DNA of 61,650 nt from the NCBI GenBank assembly GCA_018110785.1, contig JAGBHD010000054.1:1-61650 (forward strand), read 5' to 3'. Shown here in pieces: positions 20,911-29,904 of this stretch (the first letter of the stretch is position 1; the number at the start of each line of letters is the position of its first letter). The notes under the pieces were generated by a model. The model was not told where the DNA came from, searched no databases, and saw nothing but the letters and a program-made list of their open reading frames with translations. This stretch comes from Oscillospiraceae bacterium (lineage in GTDB: Bacteria; Bacillota; Clostridia; Oscillospirales; JAGBHD01). The translations under genes and the position numbers were made by a program.

Positions 20911-22190
20911 TGATTAAGATTTATAAATACGGCGAGGTTTCTTCTGATGATATATTCGCCCGCAATAATCCTACCGCCGATGTTTCGGGTGTAGTTCGTG
21001 AGATAGTAGAAAATGTTAAAGAAAACGGCGACAAGGCTCTTTATGAATACTCTGAAAGGTTCGACGGCGCAGTTTTAACCTCTTTAGAGGTTACCAAAGA
21101 AGAGATAGAAGAGGCTTATAGCTTAGTAGAGCCCGAATTTATAAGAATTTTAAAGGCGGCGGCTGAAAATATCAGAGAGTTTCATTCGGCTCAGAAAAGA
21201 AACAGCTTTATTATAAATAATAAAAAAGGCATAGTAACGGGACAAAAGGTTGTTCCAATAGAAAAGGCAGGTCTTTATGTTCCCGGAGGAACGGCAGCTT
21301 ACCCTTCAACTGTTTTAATGGATAGCATCCCCGCTAAAATAGCAGGTTGCAAGGAAATTTGTATCTGTACGCCCCCCTCTAAAGATGGCAAGGTAAATCC
21401 CGTTATCTTAGCGGCGGCAAATATAGCGGGGGTTGACCGCATTTTTAAGGTAGGCGGAGCGCAGGCTATAGCCGCTTTGGCTTATGGTACCGAAACTGTT
21501 TCTAAGGTCGATAAAATTGTAGGACCGGGAAATGCCTTTGTTGCCGAAGCCAAAAGACAGGTTTTCGGGCTTGTTAATATTGATATGATTGCAGGTCCGA
21601 GCGAGATTTTGGTTATTGCCGATAAAAACAGTAATCCTCAGTTTGTTGCGGCAGATTTGCTTTCTCAAGCGGAGCACGATAAAAACGCGAGCGCTGTTTT
21701 AGTTACCGAGAGCGAGAAATTAGCCGAAGAGGTAGCTTTAGCTATAGAAAATCAAATCGAAGAATTGCCCCGCAAGGAAATAGCGAGGGCTTCTATCGAC
21801 CAAAACGGAAAGATTATAATAGCTCCCGATATAAATACTGCTGTTGAAATTTCAAACGAAATAGCCCCCGAGCATTTAGAGCTATGTGTTGATAATCCCT
21901 TTGATATGTTGGATAATGTTCGCCATGCAGGAAGCGTATTTATGGGCAGATTTTGCCCCGAAGCCCTCGGCGATTATTTCGCAGGCCCTAATCATACTTT
22001 GCCTACAGGCGGTACCGCAAGATTTTCGAGCCCCTTGTCGGTAGATGATTTTGTTAAGAAAATCCAATATACATATTATACTAAGGATGCGCTAAGTGAG
22101 GTTGCCAAAGATGTTGCCTTCTTTGCTGAAAAAGAGGGGCTTACGGCTCATGCAAACAGCGCTATTATAAGAACGAAGGATAAAAAATGA
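20910..22190 (+). CDS. hisD: Histidinol dehydrogenase
   Basis: [38 protein letters not shown]. Confidence 0.98.
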   Translation: MIKIYKYGEVSSDDIFARNNPTADVSGVVREIVENVKENGDKALYEYSERFDGAVLTSLEVTKEEIEEAYSLVEPEFIRILKAAAENIREFHSAQKRNSFIINNKKGIVTGQKVVPIEKAGLYVPGGTAAYPSTVLMDSIPAKIAGCKEICICTPPSKDGKVNPVILAAANIAGVDRIFKVGGAQAIAALAYGTETVSKVDKIVGPGNAFVAEAKRQVFGLVNIDMIAGPSEILVIADKNSNPQFVAADLLSQAEHDKNASAVLVTESEKLAEEVALAIENQIEELPRKEIARASIDQNGKIIIAPDINTAVEISNEIAPEHLELCVDNPFDMLDNVRHAGSVFMGRFCPEALGDYFAGPNHTLPTGGTARFSSPLSVDDFVKKIQYTYYTKDALSEVAKDVAFFAEKEGLTAHANSAIIRTKDKK

Positions 22191-23248
22191 GTAAGTTTTT
22201 AAGCGAAAAATATGCTTCTTTAAAGGAGTATGTTCCGGGCGAACAGCCTCAGGATAAGAAATATATAAAACTTAATACAAATGAATCTCCTTTTCCTCCC
22301 TCGCCAAAAGTTTTAAAGTCAGTGAATAGGACAGAGGTTAAGAAGCTTCGCCTTTACAGCGATCCTGAAAGCAAGGCTCTTAAAGAGGCAATCGCTGAAA
22401 ATTACGGGGTAAAGTCGGAGAATGTTTTCGTTTCCAACGGCTCTGATGAAATTTTAAACTTCGCCTTTATGGCTTATGGAGATAAGGGCGCAACCTTTGC
22501 TGATATTACATATGGATTTTACAAGGTTTTTTCCGAGCTTTACGGAATAAAGGCTAGGATAATTCCTTTAAAAGAGGATTTCAGCTTAGACTATAAAGCC
22601 TTTTTAAAGGGCGAGGGACTTGTAGTTATAGCCAATCCCAATGCGCAAATCGGAAAATCAATTTCCCTTTCCGAGATAGAAGAAATTTTAAAGGCAAACT
22701 CAGAAAATGTAGTTTTAATCGACGAAGCTTATGTTGATTTCGGCGGAACTTCGGCGCTGCCGCTTTTAGAAAAATATAATAACCTCTTGATTGTAAGAAC
22801 ATATTCGAAATCGAGAAGTATGGCAGGGGCAAGGCTCGGATATGCTTTTGCTTCAAAGGATATAATAGCCGATTTGGAGAAGATAAAATACTCTACAAAT
22901 CCTTATAATGTTAATAGGTTGACCCAAATAGCTGGAGTCGCGGCCGTAAAATCGCAAAAATACTATGATAAAAATTGTAAAAAAATAATAAAAAATCGCG
23001 CGAATTTAGTTCAAAAATTAACCGAAATTGGCTTCGAAATTCTGCCCTCAGAGGCAAATTTCATACTTGCCAAACACCCCGAAATCTCGGGTGAGGAAAT
23101 TTATCTAAAGCTTAAAGAGCGCGGAATTTTAGTTCGCCATTTTAGAGATGAAAGAATTTCCGAGTTTAACAGAATAACCATCGGAACTGAAAAACAGATG
23201 GAAGCGCTTATAAAAAAATTAAAGGAAATAACGGAGGAAAGAAAATGA
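22187..23248 (+). CDS. hisC: Histidinol-phosphate aminotransferase
   Basis: KLNTNESP, NGSDE, DEAYVDF, RTYSKSRSMAGARLG. Confidence 0.96.
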   Translation: MSKFLSEKYASLKEYVPGEQPQDKKYIKLNTNESPFPPSPKVLKSVNRTEVKKLRLYSDPESKALKEAIAENYGVKSENVFVSNGSDEILNFAFMAYGDKGATFADITYGFYKVFSELYGIKARIIPLKEDFSLDYKAFLKGEGLVVIANPNAQIGKSISLSEIEEILKANSENVVLIDEAYVDFGGTSALPLLEKYNNLLIVRTYSKSRSMAGARLGYAFASKDIIADLEKIKYSTNPYNVNRLTQIAGVAAVKSQKYYDKNCKKIIKNRANLVQKLTEIGFEILPSEANFILAKHPEISGEEIYLKLKERGILVRHFRDERISEFNRITIGTEKQMEALIKKLKEITEERK

Positions 23249-23832
23249 GAGAGGCTCTAATAAATCGGAAAACAAATGAAACCGATATATCCTTAAAGCT
23301 TTGTCTTGACGGCAAGGGAGAAAGCTTAGTTGATACCGGATGCGGATTTTTAGACCATATGTTAACCCTTTTCTCGAAGCACGGAAAATTTGACCTTACC
23401 GTTAAAGCGAAGGGTGATACAGAGGTTGATTTTCACCATTTAACAGAGGATGTTGGAATTTGCTTGGGACAAGCCTTTTCAGAAGCTCTCGGCGATATGA
23501 GAGGAATTAAGCGTTACGGAAGTATGATTTTGCCGATGGACGAAGCCCTTATCTTAACGGCTGTTGATATTTCGGGCAGAGCGCATCTCGCTTTTTCTGT
23601 TCGTATGCGCCTTAAAAAGGTAGGAACATTTGATACAGAGCTTGTAAGAGAATTTTTCGAGGCATTTACCCGCCACGCGGGGCTGACACTCCACATTCGC
23701 AGAATGGCAGGATATAACACACACCACATTATAGAGGGAATCTTCAAATCCTTTGGCAGAAGTCTGAGAGAGGCTGTTAAAATAGATGCCGAGAATAAAG
23801 ACGATATACCTTCTACAAAGGGAATGATTTAA
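23245..23832 (+). CDS. hisB: Imidazoleglycerol-phosphate dehydratase
   Basis: FLDHML, DFHHLTED, PMDEAL, NTHHIIE, PSTKG. Confidence 0.97.
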   Translation: MREALINRKTNETDISLKLCLDGKGESLVDTGCGFLDHMLTLFSKHGKFDLTVKAKGDTEVDFHHLTEDVGICLGQAFSEALGDMRGIKRYGSMILPMDEALILTAVDISGRAHLAFSVRMRLKKVGTFDTELVREFFEAFTRHAGLTLHIRRMAGYNTHHIIEGIFKSFGRSLREAVKIDAENKDDIPSTKGMI

Positions 23833-23833
23833 A

Positions 23834-24442
23834 ATGATAGCAATTATTGATTACGGAGTTGGAAATTTATTTTCCTTAAAATCTTCCTTTGCCGCTATAG
23901 GGGTTGAAGCTTTGGTTACCGATAACCCCGATGAAATACGAGCGGCTCAAAGGCTTATTTTACCTGGGGTTGGCGCATTCGGCGATGCCGCAGATAAGCT
24001 TAAAAAAAGCGGACTCGATATTGTTTTAAAAGAAGAGGCGGCAAAAGGCAAACCTTTAATGGGAATTTGTCTTGGAATGCAGTTGCTTTTCGAAAAAAGC
24101 TATGAATTCGGAGAATACGAGGGCTTAGGGCTTATCCCCGGCGAGATAGTTCCCTTTGAGGGAAAGATATCAAAGGAATACAGAATCCCTCAGATAGGCT
24201 GGAACAGCCTTAATTTAAAGAATAATTCGCCTATTTATAAGGGTTTAAAAAACGGCGACTATGTTTATTTCGTTCATTCCTTTTATGCCGAGTGCGAGGA
24301 TAAATATAAATCGGCAGTGAGTGAATACGGTATAGAATTTACCGCTTCTGTTATGAAGGATAATATTTTCGGATGTCAATTCCACCCCGAAAAAAGCGGA
24401 GAGATAGGACTTAAGATTTTAAAGAACTTCAGCGAGGTTTAA
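23834..24442 (+). CDS. hisH: Imidazole glycerol phosphate synthase, glutaminase subunit
   Basis: DYGVGNL, LPGVGAF, GICLGMQ, QFHPEKS. Confidence 0.97.
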   Translation: MIAIIDYGVGNLFSLKSSFAAIGVEALVTDNPDEIRAAQRLILPGVGAFGDAADKLKKSGLDIVLKEEAAKGKPLMGICLGMQLLFEKSYEFGEYEGLGLIPGEIVPFEGKISKEYRIPQIGWNSLNLKNNSPIYKGLKNGDYVYFVHSFYAECEDKYKSAVSEYGIEFTASVMKDNIFGCQFHPEKSGEIGLKILKNFSEV

Positions 24443-24445
24443 TTT

Positions 24446-25162
24446 ATGATAATACTTCCTGCAATAGACTTATATGAGGGAAAGGCTGTAAGACTTTATA
24501 AGGGAAACTATGATGAAATGACGGTTTACAGCGAAAACCCTGCCGAAATAGCGCATGATTTCGCAAAAAAAGGCGCTGAATATATCCATATCGTTGATTT
24601 AGAGGGCGCGAAAAACGGAACTACCCCTAATATAGAGGTTGTTAAACAGATTATATCTTTAGGCGGCATTAAGGCTGAGATAGGCGGCGGAATTCGCTCG
24701 ATGGAGGTAGTTAAAAGCTATATTGAAGCGGGGGTTGACCGCGTTATTTTAGGAACTGCCGCAGTAGAGGATAAAGCATTTTTAAAAGCGGCTTTGGAAA
24801 AATATTCAGAGCATATCGCAGTTGGCGCAGATATTAAAGACGGATTTATTGCTATAAAGGGCTGGACTCAGAAATCTGAGATAAGCTGCGATGAATTTTT
24901 TAAAGAAATGGAAGATTTAGGGGTTAAAACAATTATTTGCACCGATATCTCCAAAGACGGCGCAATGAAAGGCACTAACCGCGAGCTATATAAAGAGCTG
25001 TCGCAGAAATTTAATATAAATATTATAGCTTCAGGGGGCGTAAGCTCGATGGAAGATATTATCGCTTTAAAAGAAATGAAGCTTTACGGCGCTATAATCG
25101 GCAAGGCTTATTATACGGGGGCTATTGATATAAGAGAAGCTGTTGAGGTGGCAAAATGCTGA
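24446..25162 (+). CDS. hisA: ProFAR isomerase
   Basis: PAIDL, HIVDLEGA, GGGIRS, TDISKDG, IASGG. Confidence 0.97.
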   Translation: MIILPAIDLYEGKAVRLYKGNYDEMTVYSENPAEIAHDFAKKGAEYIHIVDLEGAKNGTTPNIEVVKQIISLGGIKAEIGGGIRSMEVVKSYIEAGVDRVILGTAAVEDKAFLKAALEKYSEHIAVGADIKDGFIAIKGWTQKSEISCDEFFKEMEDLGVKTIICTDISKDGAMKGTNRELYKELSQKFNINIIASGGVSSMEDIIALKEMKLYGAIIGKAYYTGAIDIREAVEVAKC

Positions 25163-25917
25163 CAAAAAGAATAATTCCCTGCCTTGATGTTAAAGACGGC
25201 AGGGTTGTTAAAGGGGTTAATTTTAAATCTCTTTCGGATATTTCTTCGCCCGTATCTCTCGGAAAATTCTACAGCGAAAACGGCGCAGATGAATTGGTTT
25301 TTTATGATATAACTGCTTCCGCAGAAGGGCGAAAGCTTTTTTCTGATATTTTAAAAGAGGTAGCTTCCAACATATTTATTCCGCTGACTGTTGGCGGCGG
25401 AATAAATACATTAGATGATTTTGACCGCGTTTTAAAATGCGGCGCGGACAAGGTAAGCGTAAATTCCGGAGCAATTAAAAATCCTGATATATTGGAAAAG
25501 GCGGCAAAGCTTTATGGCAGCCAATGCGTTGTTTTATCGGTTGATATAAAAAGGGTGAACGGCGTTTTCACGGTTTTTTCCCGCGGCGGAAGAGATAATA
25601 CGGGGATTGAAGCTATTGAGTGGATTAAAAGAGGCGTGTCCTTAGGTGCGGGCGAGATCGTTGTTAACTCCATTGATACAGACGGAGTTAAAAAAGGCTT
25701 TGATTTAGAGCTTTTATCTCGCGTTTGCGATGCTGTTAACGTTCCTGTTATTGCATCGGGCGGAGCAGGTTCGGTAGATGATTTTACAAAGCTTTTCAAA
25801 GAGGTACCGAAAATCAGCGCAGGACTTGCGGCATCGGTTTTCCATTTCGGAGAGATTGAAATTCCTGAGCTTAAAAAGGAATTAAAAAGAAACGATATAG
25901 AAGTGAGGTTGGTATAA
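25156..25917 (+). CDS. hisF: Imidazole glycerol phosphate synthase, cyclase subunit
   Basis: [38 protein letters not shown]. Confidence 0.98.
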   Translation: MLTKRIIPCLDVKDGRVVKGVNFKSLSDISSPVSLGKFYSENGADELVFYDITASAEGRKLFSDILKEVASNIFIPLTVGGGINTLDDFDRVLKCGADKVSVNSGAIKNPDILEKAAKLYGSQCVVLSVDIKRVNGVFTVFSRGGRDNTGIEAIEWIKRGVSLGAGEIVVNSIDTDGVKKGFDLELLSRVCDAVNVPVIASGGAGSVDDFTKLFKEVPKISAGLAASVFHFGEIEIPELKKELKRNDIEVRLV

Positions 25918-25918
25918 G

Positions 25919-26572
25919 ATGATAGATATAAGCAAGCTTAAATTCGATGAAAAGGGGCTTATCCCCGCGATAGTTGTTGATTCATATTCAAAAGAGGTTT
26001 TAACCTTAGCATATATGAGCAAAGAGAGCCTTCAGATTTCTATGGAAAAGGGGCTTACCTGTTTTTACAGCAGAAGCCGCAATGAACTTTGGCTTAAAGG
26101 CGAAACCAGCGGCAATTATCAGCATATTGTTTCCATAACGGCTGATTGCGATATGGACGCTTTAACGGTAGTTGTTGAAAAAGACGGTCCTGCTTGCCAT
26201 ACGGGAACGGAATCCTGCTTTACCAATGAGCTTTGGCATTCTAAAGAGCTTGGAGAGTTTTCTTTAAAGAAGCTATATGCCTTATTAGAGGGCAGAAAAG
26301 AGAATATGCCCGAGGGCTCTTATACAACCTATCTTTTCTCTAAAGGAATTGATAAAATTCTTAAAAAGGTAGGCGAGGAGAGCACCGAGGTTATTATAGC
26401 GGGTAAAGCTGAAGACAAGGCTGAAACGGTTTATGAAATTGCAGATTTAGCACATCACATTATGGTACTTATGGTTGAGATGGGAATATCCTTAGAGGAC
26501 ATAGCGCGCGAGCTTTCCTCAAGAAATATTATTGATACAAAGGTAAAACAAGAAAAGATGACGGGGAAATGA
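25919..26572 (+). CDS. hisIE: Bifunctional PR-AMP cyclohydrolase / PR-ATP pyrophosphatase
   Basis: [20 protein letters not shown], then GSYT, KKVGEE, YEIADL. Confidence 0.96.
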   Translation: MIDISKLKFDEKGLIPAIVVDSYSKEVLTLAYMSKESLQISMEKGLTCFYSRSRNELWLKGETSGNYQHIVSITADCDMDALTVVVEKDGPACHTGTESCFTNELWHSKELGEFSLKKLYALLEGRKENMPEGSYTTYLFSKGIDKILKKVGEESTEVIIAGKAEDKAETVYEIADLAHHIMVLMVEMGISLEDIARELSSRNIIDTKVKQEKMTGK

Positions 26573-27381
26573 TAAGAGAAAATCTACATACTCATACTTT
26601 ATATTGCGACGGGAAAAATACAGCCGAAGAGATGATTTTGTCGGCAATAGAAAAATCCTTTACCGATATCGGCTTTTCGGGACATTCATTTACAGAGTTT
26701 GATACGAGCTACTGTATGACCGAAACACCAGAATACCGCGCTGAGATTTTATCCCTTAAAGAAAAATACAAGGGAAAAATAAATGTATGGTTAGGGCTTG
26801 AAAAGGATTATTTTTCAAATGAGGATAGAGGGGCTTATGATTATATCATAGGTTCGGTTCATTATGTTTTGAAAAACGGGCAATATATTCCTGTTGACGA
26901 ATCGGCTGAGACTATAAAAAATGCTGTGGAAAATGAGTATGGCGGAGATTATTCTCTTTTTATAAAGGATTATTATGAAGAGGTTTCCCTTATTGTTAAA
27001 AAGACCGATTGCGATATTATCGGGCATTTTGATTTAATATCGAAATATTTTGATGATTTAGGAATAGAAGAAACAGAAAGCTATTTAGAGATAGCTTTTA
27101 ATGCATTAGAAAAGCTTATTCCCGAGGGCAAACCCTTTGAGATAAATACGGGAGCTATTGCCCGCGGTACTAAAAAGCTTCCTTACCCCTCATTTAAAAT
27201 ACTGAAAAAAATAAATGAGCTTGAAGGCAAGATAATTTTCTCGAGCGACTGCCATAACAAGGAATATCTTGACTGCTATTTTGAAGAAAGCTTAGAAATA
27301 GCAAAAAAAGCGGGTTTTGCGGCAAGGTCGGTAATAACCGATAAAGGGTTTATAGAAATTGGTTTAGAGGAAGAATTATGA
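26569..27381 (+). CDS. hisK: Histidinol-phosphatase, PHP (HisJ/HisK) family
   Basis: NLHTHT..CDG, IGSVH, IIGHFDL, EINTG, SDCH; located in the his operon. Confidence 0.85.
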   Translation: MIRENLHTHTLYCDGKNTAEEMILSAIEKSFTDIGFSGHSFTEFDTSYCMTETPEYRAEILSLKEKYKGKINVWLGLEKDYFSNEDRGAYDYIIGSVHYVLKNGQYIPVDESAETIKNAVENEYGGDYSLFIKDYYEEVSLIVKKTDCDIIGHFDLISKYFDDLGIEETESYLEIAFNALEKLIPEGKPFEINTGAIARGTKKLPYPSFKILKKINELEGKIIFSSDCHNKEYLDCYFEESLEIAKKAGFAARSVITDKGFIEIGLEEEL

Positions 27382-28160
27382 GAATAATTGATTTTCATAC
27401 GCATGTTTATCCTGAGAAGATAGCTCAGAAGGCTACGGATAATGTTTGCCATTTTTACGATATAAAGGGCGGTATTTTAGGAACAGCCGATATGCTTATA
27501 AAAGAGGGACAAAAAGTAGGGGTTGATAAATACGTTATCCTACCTGTTGCCCTAAAGCCTGAAAATGTTCGCCATTTAAACGAGGCAACCCTTTTTGAAA
27601 CCAAAAAGCATAAAGAATTTATCGGCTTTGGTACGGTACATGCGGCTCAGAATAACATAATGGAAGAAATAGAATATATTGAAAGTGCAGAGCTTCGCGG
27701 AATAAAAATGCACCCCGATTTTCAGCATTTTCCGATAGATGATAACAGGCTTTTTGAAATGTATGATTATTTACAAGATAAAATGCCTGTAATACTGCAT
27801 ACGGGAGATCCGCGATATACCTATTCGCATCCCGAAAAATTAAAAAAGGTTCTTGATAATTTTCCTCACCTTACCGTTATAGCGGCTCATATGGGCGGTT
27901 GGATGGTTTTTTCTGAGGCTTTAGAGATTTTGGGAAAAACAAACTGCTATGTGGATATTTCGAGTTCAAGAATGTTTATGGAGGGCGAAGCCATTTATAA
28001 ATATATAAACGGCTACGGCGCCGACAGAATTCTTTTTGGAAGCGATTTTCCGATTTGGAGCCCTGCAGACGAGTTTAACGCTTTGATGAAGCTTAATATA
28101 TCAGATGAGGCATTGGAGAAAATTGCACATAAAAACGCAGAGCGGATTTTAAAAATTTGA
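27378..28160 (+). CDS. Amidohydrolase family (Amidohydro_2) metal-dependent hydrolase
   Basis: IDFHTH, GIKMHP, LHTGD, AAHMGG, RILFGSDFP. Confidence 0.8.
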   Translation: MRIIDFHTHVYPEKIAQKATDNVCHFYDIKGGILGTADMLIKEGQKVGVDKYVILPVALKPENVRHLNEATLFETKKHKEFIGFGTVHAAQNNIMEEIEYIESAELRGIKMHPDFQHFPIDDNRLFEMYDYLQDKMPVILHTGDPRYTYSHPEKLKKVLDNFPHLTVIAAHMGGWMVFSEALEILGKTNCYVDISSSRMFMEGEAIYKYINGYGADRILFGSDFPIWSPADEFNALMKLNISDEALEKIAHKNAERILKI

Positions 28161-28187
28161 AAAAAATAATAAAATTTAAAAAAATAT

Positions 28188-28216
28188 TTGACAACGATAA
28201 AAAAATAGTTTAATAT
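28188..28216 (+). promoter_or_regulatory. SigA promoter for the Leu T-box unit
   Basis: TTGACA-17 bp-TAATAT. Confidence 0.7.
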
Positions 28217-28241
28217 GTTTAATATATTAAATTTAAATATT

Positions 28242-28512
28242 AAATGCTATGAAGATATTAAGCGTAAGCGCAAATCGTATTTTCAGAGAGCCGTCGGTAG
28301 GTGCGAGGCGGCAGACGAGCTTTCAGCTGTCTCGTATCGGAGCAGGATTTCTGAAATCAGAGTAAGAGATCTCGGTTGGCCCCGTAATAGGCCAAGGGTT
28401 TGTTGGAACCTTAGAGTGGTTTTCTTGATAAAGAAAACAATGTCGGGTGGTACCGTGGTCAATAATTTGTTTGATCATCCCGCAGAGATTATTTCTCTGC
28501 GGGATTTTTTTA
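28242..28512 (+). promoter_or_regulatory. T-box riboswitch, Leu (specifier CUC at 28331-28333)
   Basis: GA motif GCTATGAA, AGAGA box, GGTGCGA loop, stem II AGTA, T-box GGGTGGTACCGTG, terminator ATCCCGCAGAGA/TCTCTGCGGGATTTTTT (28477-28510). Confidence 0.9.
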
Positions 28513-28532
28513 TTTAGAAAGGGAGAAAAAGT

Positions 28533-29903
28533 ATGAAAAAGATTGCAGTTTCCGATATGACTCTCAGAGTATTGGCGGAAGAAAACAAAAGGTTAACCTT
28601 TAGAGAGAAATTAAATATAGCATCTAACCTAGATGCTTGCGGTATAACTTCAATCGAGCTACCGTCGGTTGGTAAAGAAGCTGAAAACGAAGTAATTTAC
28701 CGAACTATAGCTACCTCTGTTAAAAGTGCGGAAGTTTGCATAGACGGCGGAGATACAATAGAAAGCGTTGAAGCGGCATACAACTGCATAAAAGATGCAG
28801 CCTCCCCTTGCATTCAGATAGTTATGCCTACATCTACAGTTCAGATGGAATATATTTATCATCTCAAATCAGCCGCTATGATTTCTAAAATAGCAGAGCT
28901 TGTATCTTTCGCGGCGAAAAAGGGAGCAAAGGTTGAATTTGTAGCAAGAGATGCTTCCAGAGCCGAAGAGGGATTTATCGAGGAATGCGCTAAAACTGTT
29001 TTTGAAAGCGGCGCCTCGGCGATTACTATTTGCGATGATGCGGGAATTTATTTCCCTGAGGATTACAGCGAGATAATTGCAAAGGTTAAAGGAAATACAG
29101 ATATAAAGGTTTATGCAGCTCCCTCGAACAGCTTAAGCCTCGCAGCGGCTTCGGCTATAGCCGCTATAAAGGCAGGAGCAGATGGAATTAAAACGGCTAT
29201 AAATGATAATTATTTAGGCGCAGATATTCTTTCTGATATATTCAGAAGCAAAGGCGCAGATATGAAGATAACAAGCTCTTTAGACAGCGCTGTTATAAAA
29301 ACTATGGTAGCTTCTCTTAAAGGCAGCGCAGCAATAGAGGTTAAAGAAGAGAAAGCGGCTTCCGTAGAGGTTATTGATGGTAGTTCAACAATAGCTGATA
29401 TTGCCGCCGCCGCAAAAAAACTCGGATACGAGCTTTCCGATGAGGATATCGGCAAGGTTTATGAGGAAGCAAAAAGGGTTATCCAGAAAAAGGGAAAGAT
29501 TGGAGCTAGTGAGCTTGAGGCTGTTATAGCTTCTGCTTCTATGCAGGTTCCCTCTACATTCCATGTTGTTTCTTATGTTGTAAACAGCGGAAATATTATT
29601 ACCGCAACGGCGAATGTAACCTTGGAGAAAAACGGCGAGAAAATAAGCGGTGTTGCAACTGGCGACGGCCCTATAGATGCGGCTTTCCATGCAATTGAGC
29701 AGATAGTAGGACACCATTACGAGCTTGACGATTTTCAGATACAGTCTATAACAAAGGGAAGAGAAGCGGTAGGCTCCTCTCTTATCAGGCTTAGAGCCGA
29801 CGGAAAGCTTTATTCCGGAACGGGGCTTTCTACCGATATCGTAGGCGCGAGTATTCGCGCTTATGTAAATGCGCTCAATAAAATAGTATATGAGGAAAAC
29901 TAA
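28533..29903 (+). CDS. LeuA (2-isopropylmalate synthase)-like protein with degenerate active site and intact C-terminal regulatory domain
   Basis: DMTLRVLAEE replaces DTTLRDGEQ; APSNSLSLA replaces HxHNDxGxA; GERAGN is absent. The C-terminus GDGPIDAAF...STDIVGASIRAYVNALNK is LeuA-like. Confidence 0.8.
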   Translation: MKKIAVSDMTLRVLAEENKRLTFREKLNIASNLDACGITSIELPSVGKEAENEVIYRTIATSVKSAEVCIDGGDTIESVEAAYNCIKDAASPCIQIVMPTSTVQMEYIYHLKSAAMISKIAELVSFAAKKGAKVEFVARDASRAEEGFIEECAKTVFESGASAITICDDAGIYFPEDYSEIIAKVKGNTDIKVYAAPSNSLSLAAASAIAAIKAGADGIKTAINDNYLGADILSDIFRSKGADMKITSSLDSAVIKTMVASLKGSAAIEVKEEKAASVEVIDGSSTIADIAAAAKKLGYELSDEDIGKVYEEAKRVIQKKGKIGASELEAVIASASMQVPSTFHVVSYVVNSGNIITATANVTLEKNGEKISGVATGDGPIDAAFHAIEQIVGHHYELDDFQIQSITKGREAVGSSLIRLRADGKLYSGTGLSTDIVGASIRAYVNALNKIVYEEN

Positions 29904-29904
29904 T

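Noticed and set aside
28215-28517. 100-aa ORF before the LeuA-like gene
   Set aside because: It coincides with the Leu T-box RNA and starts at the -10 element.
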